From a bacterium (GTDB lineage: Bacteria > UBA9089 > CG2-30-40-21): DNA of 55,768 bases. Below are positions 23,601-35,600 of this stretch, piece after piece. The DNA lies in the NCBI GenBank assembly GCA_018814245.1, contig JAHIZN010000456.1:1-55768 (forward strand), in the 5' to 3' direction. How positions within the stretch are numbered: the first letter of the stretch is position 1; each line of letters starts with the position of its first letter. The position numbers and the translations under genes were made by a program. Under the pieces are notes generated by a model, which ran no database searches, had not been told where the DNA came from, and saw only the letters and a program-made list of their open reading frames with translations.

Positions 23601-26600
23601 ATCACCCTTAACCGTAATCAGCTTGCCTACTGAACCCTGACTTGGTGTTACCTGAGTAATATGCGGCTCAACCGTAAATATCTGGAAGGCATAAAGGTCT
23701 GTGTTCTTGGTTGAGTTTGCCATGACGGTTCTTGTCCCGACAGGCTGAGTATCAATGGTAAAGGTTGTGGAAAACACACCAAATTCATCGCAAGTAACCT
23801 CAGTAATCGTCTTAGTCCAGCCAAGGTCAATCTTCACCAGATCTGTAGCAACAAAGGCATTACCATCAACACGGACAATTGTCCCGACCGTGCCGTGTGA
23901 CGGCGAAAGTACTGTAATCTTGGCTGATATTCTATATTTATTGGCTGCCGACTCACTGCTGTTCATTCCATAGGCTGTAACCGTTGTCCATCCGGCTGGC
24001 TGCACATCAACGGTAAATACTGCGGTAAACGAGCCGGCATTATTTGTAGTTAATCGAGTAATGGTTGGTGTAATCCCAAAGTTTACCTCAATTTGTTCGT
24101 TTGCACCAAACCCATCGGCATAGATAGTCACCAATTCGCCAACCATACCCCAAACCGGTGAAACCTCATAGATATTGGAGAAGATCACCAGACTGTCATC
24201 ATCCCTCTCGCCTGAACCAATACCTCTTGCCGCTACTGTTGTTGTGCCGCAGGGCTGTACATCAATGGTCAGGGTGGTTGAGAAGTAGCCTGAGTAATCC
24301 GTAAGCGTTGTTGTCCTGGTCATGGTCCAGCCAAGGTCAATGGCTATGGTCTCGGTTTCCCCATAACCAGTGCCCTGAATGGTAATCGTCGTTCCCACTG
24401 AGCCCCTTGATGGTGAAACCGTGATAATATTTGAGTAGATACGCAATCCGGAGCGCGATACCTCCTGAGAAACAGCCCCTGTTGCAACTATCGTGGTTGT
24501 TCCTGCCGGCTGGGTATCAAGTGTAAAGGTAGTGGTAAACTCACCCGCAGCATTGCTCAATGTCTGTTGAATGCTCGCGGTATAGCCAAAATCAACCCTG
24601 ACATTCTCATCTGCTCCATATCCATTGCCGGCTACGGTGATGATTGTGCCTACCGTTGCCCTTGATGGACTGACAAGGATGATATTTGACCTGATAGATA
24701 ATGTCTTTTCTGACTGCTCCGTGCTTGTCAGCCCATATGCTGCTATGGTTGTTGTCCCAAATTTTTGGGTATCAATGGTGAATGATGCCTCAAAGTAACC
24801 GCGGTTATCCGTGGTTACATCGGTCATGGTTACTACATTCCCAAAGTCAACACGGATAACCTCACTTGCAAGGTAGCCATTACCAGTTACAAATATTGGT
24901 GTGCCCACACTGCCCTGGCCGGGTGAGACAACCACAACATTAGAATAAATCCTGAATATCCTTAACTCATCCTGCTGGCAATCAAGCCCATAGGCAATCA
25001 CGCTTGCTGTTCCACAGCTCTGAGTATCAATGGTAAAGGTAGTTGCAAACTGGCCCGCAGCATTGCTTGTTACCGCAGTAATGGTCATGTTTGTACCCAA
25101 GCTTATTCGTACTGTCTCGCTTCCGCTATAACCATCACCAGTAATAGTGACTATTGTTCCCACCGAGCCAAAGGTTGGCTTAAATGTGGTAATATGCACC
25201 CCTACTGTAAAGGTGGCATAACCCTTTTCATTGATATCCATGCCAGTAGCCAGTATCCTGTTTGGACCATTTACCTGAGCATCGGCAGTAAAGCTATAAA
25301 CAAAGGTGCCATTATCCTCTGCTATCGGCAATGGTGAGATAATCGCATTGGTTGTACCAAAATCAACCCTGATTGATTCATACTTTCCAAACCCATGACC
25401 CTCAATAGTAATTGGCGTACCAATGGTACCTGACACTGGTGTTGATGAGGCAATATCTGCATGGAGATAGAACAGCCTCTGATCCTGCTCATAGCTCTTC
25501 CTGCCAATAACCAGCACTGTCTTTGTCCCGGAAACCTGGGTATTAACCGTAAAGGTTGTATTGAATGCACCAGCAATATCTGTATAGACATCAACAATCT
25601 CAGCCGTAGCACCAAAACTAACCTTCATGTCCTCTGTTGGTCCAAAGCCCGTAGCTATCAAGGTAACAATTGTTCCCACTGAGCCGCGAGTCGGGGTAAT
25701 AGTTGTAATATTAGCATATATCTGGACGCTGCTTAATACCTTCTCATTAGTAGTCATTCCATTTGCTATAACTGTTGTTGGTCCCCGAACCTGTGTATCA
25801 ACAGTAAATGTTGTCAGGAACTCACCACTGCTATTTGCCTTTGTTATAACTCTTGACGGTGTTATACCAAAATCAACCCTGATAACCTCACCCGTATCAT
25901 CGCCATACCCATTACCAGCCAGGGTAATGATTGTTCCAACCGTGCCCCTTGTTGGTGAGGTCAAAATGATATTGGCACGGATGCCATAAATCCCTGAGGC
26001 AACCTCGCCAGTAGTCATACCAACAGCCTTAACCGTAGTTGTTCCAAAGGCTTGAGTATCAACGGTAAAGGTTGATATTATCTCGCCATCGTCCTCAGTC
26101 GTAACCATAGACATCGATGCCTTCTTGCCAAAGTCAATTCTGACCGCCTCACCCAAGCCATACCCATTGCCAAAGACCGTAACAAAACTACCCACTGTCC
26201 CATTATTCGGGGTAATATTAGTAATATTAGAATATATTGTAAGCGAGCCTTCAGCTGTTGGATCATAACTCGTTTGTGCACTCGGCTCACTGTAGACAAA
26301 TATATATGTGTTGCCTGAGGCTTGAGTATCAACCGTAAAGGTGGTTGAGAATGAACCATAGATTGAGGCTGCTGCTGCACCAGATTCAATAATATACGAA
26401 TTGTTTCCGAGCTTTATGCGAATATTCTCTGATGCCGTAAACCCTGTGCCCTCAATATAAATAGGCGACCCAACCGTTGCCATTGTGGGTGTTATATTAA
26501 TAATCTCTGCATAAATAGTAACCATACCTGCGGCTGCCTCACTTGAGGCTAATCCGTGAGCAGTAATGGTTGTCTGTCCTGACCCTTGAGTATCTATGGT

Positions 26601-29600
26601 AAAGGCAGCGGTAAATGTACCCATACCGCTGACAATAGTATTCCCAATGCTTTGGGTTGAGCCAAACTCAAGCTGTATCTGCTCACTCGCACCATAACCA
26701 TTACCAAGGATATTTACCCTTGTCCCAACCGTTCCCCTATCTGGTGTAACAAAGGTAACATTTCCATGGATGTACAGGGTTGTTAAGGCTGAGATACCGG
26801 TATTTTCTTTTGCCAAAACAGTGGTTGTGCCGCAGACTTGAGTATCAATGGTAAATATGGTGCTGAAGAGACCATTGTTGTCGGTCAATACGCTGGCTAC
26901 ACTCGGTGTCAGACCAAAGCTTATATTTACCGGTTCTCTATAGGAAAATCCTTCCCCATTAATCTGCACAACCCTGCCCACTGTACCGCTTGTTGGTGTC
27001 ACAAAGAGCTTACCGGTTATAACAAATATCGACTCTGCCCTTTGACCAGAATCTGCCCCTTCAGCAACTATGACGACATTTCCTGCCGGCTGGGTATCAA
27101 CCGTAAAGGTTACTGTAAATGAACCATCCTCTGATGTTACCCTTTCACACATGCTTCGACTCATGCCAAAGTCAACCCGAATCATCTCTAACTCATCAAA
27201 CCCATTACCAGAAACCGTAACTACTGTCCCCACGGTACCTGTATTGGGTGTTACCTGCCAGATGCTGGACCAGATGTTGGCATAGATATTCACACCGCTG
27301 TTCGCTGATTCCTTACTTATCCTGCCAATAGCCTCCACGGTCGTTGTCCCGCATTTCTGGGTATCAACCGTAAATACTAAGCTGAATAATCCGGTACCAT
27401 CTGTTTCAACCGTTCTGATGGGTAACCTCTTGCCAAGATTAACATCAATGGGCTCACTGGCACCATAACCATTGCCAAACAAGTTAATTGGCGTACCAAC
27501 CGTTGCCCTTACTGGTGACATGCTGATTATATTGCTGAAGATAACAAACCTTGAAATGCTTGACTCGTTGCTTTCCATACCGCTTACCATCACTGTTGTT
27601 GTGCCGCAGCTCTGAGTATTAATGGTAAAGCTGGCCAAAACCTTGCCATAGATTGAAGAGGTTACAATGGCAATGGATGCCGTTGTCCCAAAATCAAGCC
27701 TTACCTGCTCAGCATTACCATACCCTGTCCCAAGAACAATAACCACTGTTCCCACACTGCCGCTGGATGGTGTTACCTGAACAACACTGGAAACTATGGT
27801 AAAGCCATTGGTTGGTCTAACCTTAGAGATTAACCCATAGGCACCTATCTCTGTCTCACCGCATTCTTGAGTATCAACCACAAAGCTCGTTCTGAACACA
27901 CCATCTGCAAATGCTGTTGTCTGGGTAATCCCATACTTCAAGCCAAAGTCAATCCTGACACCCTCGCCTGACTGATACCCGCGACCCTCAATACTAACAA
28001 TCGTACCAACCGTACCGATTGTTGGGGTAACAATTACTATTTCAGGTACAATGGCAAAGTATGTATATGCATACTCATTGCTTGATAGTCCTGTGGCAGC
28101 CACTGTATTTGAACCCATGGGCTGGGTATCGGTAGTAAAGGTGATGTCAAATGAGCCGTATCCATCGCTCAAACAAGAAACAAGGCTCATGGTTTTGCCA
28201 AAGTCAATCCTTACCGTTTCGCTTGCACCATAGCCATTAGCCTTAACATTGATAACTATGGTCGCATAACCCTCTGTTGGTGTGATGTCAATGATATTGG
28301 CAAATATTCTGAACGGCCTGTCGTCTGTATCGCCTGTTGCCATACCAGTAATCACAATCGTCCTTGTGCCGGCGGCTTGCGTATCAACGGTAAAGGATGC
28401 ACTAAATACGCCGTCATTATTTACATCAGCCATTATTCGGGTAACCGTTGCCCCAAAATCAACCCTGACCGTTTCACTTGCACCATAACCATTACCAGTC
28501 ACGCTGACGAGTGTACCCACAGAGCCAATTGTTGGGGTAACCATGGTAATCTCACCACAGATACGGAACTGATACATACCGCTTAAGCCGGATGTATCAC
28601 TTCTTCCGGTAATCGTTACCGTACCTGATGGCTGAATGTCAACAGCAAATGTCGTGGCAAAGCTGCCCATTGCAGAGACTGACTTGGCTAATTTGATGTT
28701 TGCTGTCCTGCCAAAGCTGATATATACCTGATCCCCGCCAGCATAGCCATTGCCAAATACATTAATTGTTGTGCCAACCGAGCCGGTCTTTGGTGTAATA
28801 TCGTAGATAGCTGGCAGAATGAATATATTGGTTGTATCATAACACGATGCACTCCTTGCCGTAACCGTGGTTGTCCCTAACATTTGAGTATCAACTGTAA
28901 ATGGAATGTTAAATATTCCGTCTGCCTGTGGATAACCAGTGGTAATGGCATTGGTCAATCCAAAGTCAATGGTTATCTCTTCATCTATTGCATATCCTGT
29001 GCCACTGACAGTAATGATACTGCCAACTGTTGCCTGTACAGGTGTAATCCCGATAATCTCACCAATGATAACAAACTTATTCCTGCTGATTAGTCCGCTG
29101 CTGACCCCTGCAGCCGTAATGGTTCTTGTGCCCTGAGGCTGGGTGTCGGCTGTAAGAACAGCGACAAATGCACCATTAGTACCAACTGTGGTTGAGGTAA
29201 TGGATGTTGTCCAGCCAAAGTCAACACTTATCACCTCTCCGGACTGATACCCTTGACCAGAAACCGTTACCAGAGTGCCTACTGTACCAGATGGTGGTAT
29301 AACGCTGTACATCTCTGGCTCAATGTAGAATACATTGCTGGCACTGCTTACACCATTGGCAGTAATGGTTGTTGTGCCGAAGCGTTGTGTGTCAACCGTA
29401 AAGCTGGTGGTAAATGAGCCGTGCTGGCTGGCTGCTGCTGTCTGGATGTTCGCATTGGTGCCAAACTCCACAGTTACCACATCACCTGCTGCATAACCTG
29501 TGCCGCTAATCGTTACCACTGTGCCAACGCTGCCGGATGCCGGCATGACACTGACAACCTGTGGGGTGATATTAAACATATTGCTTGCTGAGCTTATGCC

Positions 29601-32600
29601 TTTGGCAGTAATAGTTGTTGTACCATACGCCTGTACATCAACCGTAAACGCTGTTGTAAATGAACCCTGCTGGCTGGCAACTACTGTCTGGATGGTGGCA
29701 TTGGTGCCAAAAGCAACAGTTACCACATCGCTTGCTGCATAACCTGTGCCGATGATCGTTACCACTGTGCCAACCGTACCTGTTGGAGGTACAACGCTGA
29801 CAACCTGCGGCAGGATATTGAAGACATTGACCGCTGAGCTTACGCCGCTGGCTGTAATGGTTGTTGTGCCATACCGCTGTACATCAACCGTAAAGCTGGT
29901 GGTAAATGAACCCTGCTGGCTGGCAACTACTGTCTGGATAGTGGCATTGGTGCCAAAAGCAACAGTTACCACATCGCTTGCTGCATAACCTGTGCCGATA
30001 ATCGTTACCACTGTGCCAACCGTACCTGTTGGAGGTACAACGCTGACAACCTGCGGGGTAATGAAGAAGTTGTTGATTGCTGAGCTTACACCGCTGGCAA
30101 TAATCGTGGTTGTCCCATACGATTGTACATCAACCGTAAATAAAGTGGTAAATGAGCCGTGCTGACTGGCAACCGCTGTCTGGATGCTCGCATTGGTGCC
30201 AAACGCCACAGTTACCGCATCACCTGATGCGTAACCAGTGCCAGCCACAGTCACCACCGTGCCAACGCTGCCTGTCGTTGGTACTACACTGACAACCTGC
30301 GGTGTGATGAAGAAGCTATTGACCGCTGAGCTTACACCCTTGGCAGTAATGGTGCATGTCCCATACCGCTGAACATCAACCGTAAACGCTGTTGTAAATG
30401 ACCCATGCCCACTGGCAGTTGCTGTCTGAATACTCGCATTGATGCCAAACGCAACAGTAATGCTATCACTCGCCGCATAACCTGTGCCGCTGATCGTCAC
30501 CACCGTGCCCACCGTGCCAGTCGTCGGTACAACGCTGACCACCTGCGGCTGAATGTTAAACACATTGACCGCTGAGCTTACGCCATTGGCAATAATGGTT
30601 GTCGTGCCATACCGCTGGACATCCACCGTAAAGGAATCGGTAAATGAACCATACTGGCTGGCAATTGCTGTCTGGATGCTCGCATTGGTGCCAAAGGCAA
30701 TGGTCACCACATCACCAGCTGCATAACCTGTGCCTGAAATCGTTACCACTGTGCCCACCGTACCGATTGGAGGCACAACCGTGATCACCTGAGGCAGAAC
30801 ATGGAAAATATTGACCGCTGAGCTTATGCCGCTTGCAGTAATGGTTGTCGTGCCATACGACTGGACATCAACCGTAAAGCTGGTGGTAAATGAACCATGC
30901 TGACCGGCAACCGCTGTCTGTATGCTCGCATTGGTACCAAATGCCACAGTCACCACATCACTGTCTGCATAACCTGTGCCTGAAATCGTTACCACTGTGC
31001 CAACTGTTCCGACCGCTGGCATCACGCTGACAACCTGTGGCAAGATGTTGAATACATTCATGGCAACACTCACACCGCTTGCCGTAATCGTTGTTGTACC
31101 AAACGACTGGACATCAACCGTAAACGCTGTCGTAAATGACCCATGCTGACTGGCAATTGCCGTCTGAATGCTAACATTGGTTCCAAAGGCAACGCTCACA
31201 GCATCGCTTGCTGCATAACCTGTGCCTGAAATCGTTACCACTGTACCAACGCTTCCCTGTGTTGGTGACACACTGACTACCTGTGGGATGATGTTGAACA
31301 TATTGCTTGCACTGCTTACACCATTTGCCGTAATGGTTGTTGTTCCGTACTGCTGAACATCAACCGTAAAGCTGGCTGTAAATGAGCCATATATACTTGC
31401 TGCTGCTGTCTGGATAGCGGCATTGGTGCCAAAGGCAACGGTTACAGCATCACTCACGCCGTAGCCTGTGCCTGAAATCGTTACCACTGTACCAACCGTA
31501 CCGATTGATGGCACAACCGTGACCACCTGTGGCAGAATGAGGAATGCATTTGTGGCAACACTCACACCACTTGCCGTAATGGTTGTTGTGCCATATGCCT
31601 GTACATCAACCGTAAAGCCGGCCGTGAATGACCCATATGTACTTGCTGTTGCTATCTGGATGGTGGCATTGGTGCCAAAGGCAACGGTTACCACATCGCT
31701 TGCTGCATAACCTGTGCCTGAAATCGTTACCACTGTACCAACCGTACCGATTGGAGGCACAACCGTAACAACCTGCGGCAGAATGCAGAAAATATTTGTG
31801 GCCACACTGGCACCACTTGCCGTAATGCTTGTTGTCCCAAACGCCTGGACATCAACCGTAAAGCTGGCTGTAAATGAGCCATGTTGACTGGCAATCGATG
31901 TCTGGATAGTGTCCTTAGTGCCAAAGGCAACGCTCACAGCATCACTTGCTCCGTAGCCTGTGCCTGAAATCGTTACCACTGTGCCAACACTTCCCTGTGC
32001 TGGTGATACGCTAACTACCTGCGGTGTAATAAAGAAGCTATTCACTGCTGAGCTTACACCCTTTGCAGTAATGGTTGTTGTACCAAAGCGTTGTACATCC
32101 ACCGTAAAGCTGGCTGTAAATGAGCCGTGCTGACTGGCAATCGCTGTCTGGATAGTGGCATTGGTGCCAAAGGCAACGCTCACAGCATCACTTGCGCCGT
32201 AGCCTGTGCCTGAAATCGTTACCACTGTGCCAACACTTCCTTGTGCTGGTGCCACGCTAACTACCTGCGGTGTAATAAAGAAGCTATTCACTGCTGAGCT
32301 TACACCCTTTGCAGTAATGGTTGTTGTACCAAAGCGTTGTACATCAACTGTAAAGCTGGTGGTAAATGAGCCGTATTGACTGGCAATTGTCGTCTGGATA
32401 GTGGCATTGGTACTAAAAGCAACAGTGATATTATCATTAGCTGCATAGCCTGTGCCTAAAATCATTACCACCGTGCCAACGCTTCCCTGTGTTGGTGTAA
32501 CACTGACTACCTGTGGTGTAATGAATATGGTATCTGTATCAACATCAGCCGCCTCAGCCAGCACCGTTGTCGTACCATAAACTTGCGTATCAATAGTAAA

Positions 32601-35600
32601 TACATTGGCAAATGCCCCATTTACATCACTGCTAATCATGGTAATAGTTGGTGTGCAGCCAAAATCAACCCTTACATCAGTATTTGCCGCAAACCCAGTA
32701 CCGCTGATATTAATTACCCTGCCTACGCTGCCCATGGATGGTGCTACGAGGATAACACCACGAATAACAAACACAGTCTTTTCTGCCGGGATACTCGTCT
32801 TTGATCCAATAGCCACAATGGTAGTCAATCCATAGGGCTGGTTATCAACCGTAAAGGTTGTTACAAACTCACCATTATTATCTGCAATAGATTTGGCTAT
32901 TGTTTTTGTTGTCCCAAAATCAACACTTATCCCTTCTGATGGTGCAAAGCCATCACCCATGACCGTAACGATTACACCAAGCGTTCCTTGAGCTGGTGTC
33001 ACAGAAACAATCTTTGGCTGGATGCCAAACATGGCTGTGGCTACACAACCAACATCACCTATACCCTTTGCCCTGATAGTAGTTAACCCTGCCGGCTGGA
33101 CATTAACCACAAATGTAGTGCTGAATGTCCCCAACCCTGAAGCAGGCTGCTGTAGGTTCCTTGGCTCAGTATCATTGCCAAAGTATATCTGCACCATCTC
33201 ATTTGTCTGATACCCATTACCCTGAACAGTAACAATAATACCAGTTGTCCCAAATGATGGTATGACCGCAGTAATATTGGGTATAAGCATGAACCTGCTT
33301 ATACCCACCTCACCAGAGCAGGTACCACTTGCCTTAATCGTCTTTGTCCCATAAACCTGGGTATCAACCGTAAATATCTTGATAAATACACCATCATTAT
33401 CAACCACTGGGTCAACAATAGACATGGTTATCCCAAAATCAATCCAAACCTGCTCGCCCGTCTGATAGCCGTCACCAATAACCGTGACAAAACTGCCTAT
33501 GGTTCCAATGGTTGGTATTACCTCACGAATCTTACCCAATATCTTAACGGTTGTCAGATTAGATAATCCGCTATTCATACCTGTTGATGTTAAGGTCGTA
33601 GTGCCATAGGGTTGTATATCTATGGTAAAGCCTTTGGCAAAGTACCCACTCACATCTGGTACAGCCGTAAACATGTTTGTAGTCTTACCAAAGTCTATCT
33701 GTACGGTCTCGGAGGCTGCATACCCTGCACCCTCAACCGTTATCCCTGCACCCACCACACCGCTTGCTGGTGACACCCATACCTTGGGTGTAATCCAGAC
33801 AAAATCATTGGCAGAGGCACCACAATTTTCACCCATACCCTCAACCGTGGTTTTACCACAGACCTGGGTATCTATAGCAAAGATTATTGTAAATGAGCCC
33901 TCTTCAGATGCGTTATCAACATACTGTATCCCGGGACTGGTCCCAAAATCTAACCTCACTGTCTCACTTGTTCCATAGCCAGTCCCACAAACCGTAATAA
34001 TCGTACCAAGCATACCTGTTGTTGGATTAACCACAATCTTGGGTATAATAAAGTGATACCTGCTGAATCCTGTTGGCGTGCTTAAGCCTGATGCTGTAAT
34101 TGTATGGGTAGCATACATCTGAGTATCAATTGTAAAGACTACACTGAACTCACCTTTTGTATTACTCACTGTATCAGTAATACTCACAGTCTTACCATAA
34201 TCAATGCATATCTTCTCGTTTGAGCCATATCCATTACCCATTACCGTAACCAAAGAACCAACCATGCTCATGGTTGGGGACACAAGTGTAATATTTTCAC
34301 AAATATGGTAATAATTATAAGCCTTTTCTCCTGATGGAATACCTTCAGCTTCTACGGTTGTTGTTCCATAGAGTTGAGTATTGATAATATAGCTAACCTC
34401 AAACTCACCGCGAGCATTGCTTTGAGTATTGGCAATCTTAGGCTCCATTATTGTTCCAAACACAATAAATACCTGCTCATCTGCCCCATACCCATTACCC
34501 TTGATAGTCACCAGACTACCAACTGTACCAAAGGATGGCAGGACATGGGTAATATTGGACTGGATCACAAATGGTGAAATAGTCATCTCAGCCGTACTGC
34601 TGCCATAAACCGTCACAATCTTTGTCCCATAGGGTTGAGTAGTGATAATGTATGTACCGGCAAAGGTACCATTCTCTGTAGTAAATATCCTATCCTCTAA
34701 TAATTGATCCCCAAGGTAGAATCTAATCCATTCCTTATTTCCATACCCATCACCATCAATACTAATTATGCTGCCAATAGAACCTCTGGTTGGTGTCATG
34801 TTCAGGATCTGACCACGAATAGTAAAGACATCATCATCGTTTAAGTGTGATTGCAGCCCTGTAGCAATAATTGTTGTTATGCCATAAGGTTGGGTATCAA
34901 CAAAAAAGCTCGTAGCAAACCCACCTTTTGTGTTTGCCATTACCCGTACTACATCCAGACTTTTACCAAAGTCAACCTGAATATTCTCACCAGCCCAATA
35001 ACCCTTACCCTCAACCTCAACCAATGTTCCAACCGTACCAGAACTCGGGCTGACAATAGAGATACCAGCATTGATACTGAATATTCTGGTATGTGTCTGC
35101 CCGCTCAATAACCCTATAGCCTTAACATCATGACCGCCTGTTGGCTGCTCATCCACCACAAAGCTCGTAGCAAAGGTACCCTTACTACTAGTTATTGCTG
35201 TGGCAATGGTTAGTGTGTAACCAAAATTAACCTCAATCTGTTCATCCGGACCAAATCCTGTGCCCTCAACTGTAACCATAAGACCAACGGTTCCTGTCTC
35301 TGGGCTAAGCACTGAAATCCTGGGCTCGATATAGTAATAAACCTCAGACTTGAGATATGGAGAACTCACACCATTTGCTTTCACGGTTTTTGTCCCATAC
35401 GGTTGTGTAGTTACGGTAAATGTTGCCATGCACCAACCATCAGCATTTGTAGTTGGCTGAGCCACCTTACCAGGCATGGTACCAAAGAATATGCTTACTG
35501 TCTCAGATGAACAGTATCCATCACTCACTATCTCAACCAATGCCCCAACAGAGCCAATGGTTGGCGTAAGCGACTGTATTCTTTGGGTAATAAAGAAGGT

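Noticed and set aside
26078-26389. Minus-strand ORFs in the track (23 entries, for example 26078..26389, 45749..46051 and 25322..25615).
   Set aside because: All of them end at coordinates equal to 1 mod 3, which is one base off the true frame (2 mod 3). Their products are R/L/Q/H/P-rich junk with no repeat motifs, and they are interrupted every 60-100 codons. They are frame shadows of the giant gene.
29100-32780. A CRISPR-like or satellite-like regular direct-repeat array.
   Set aside because: The period is 246 nt with no repeat/spacer dichotomy. Every unit is in frame and encodes the same Ig-like module, with variation concentrated in loop codons. It is a coding tandem repeat, not a CRISPR array or non-coding satellite.
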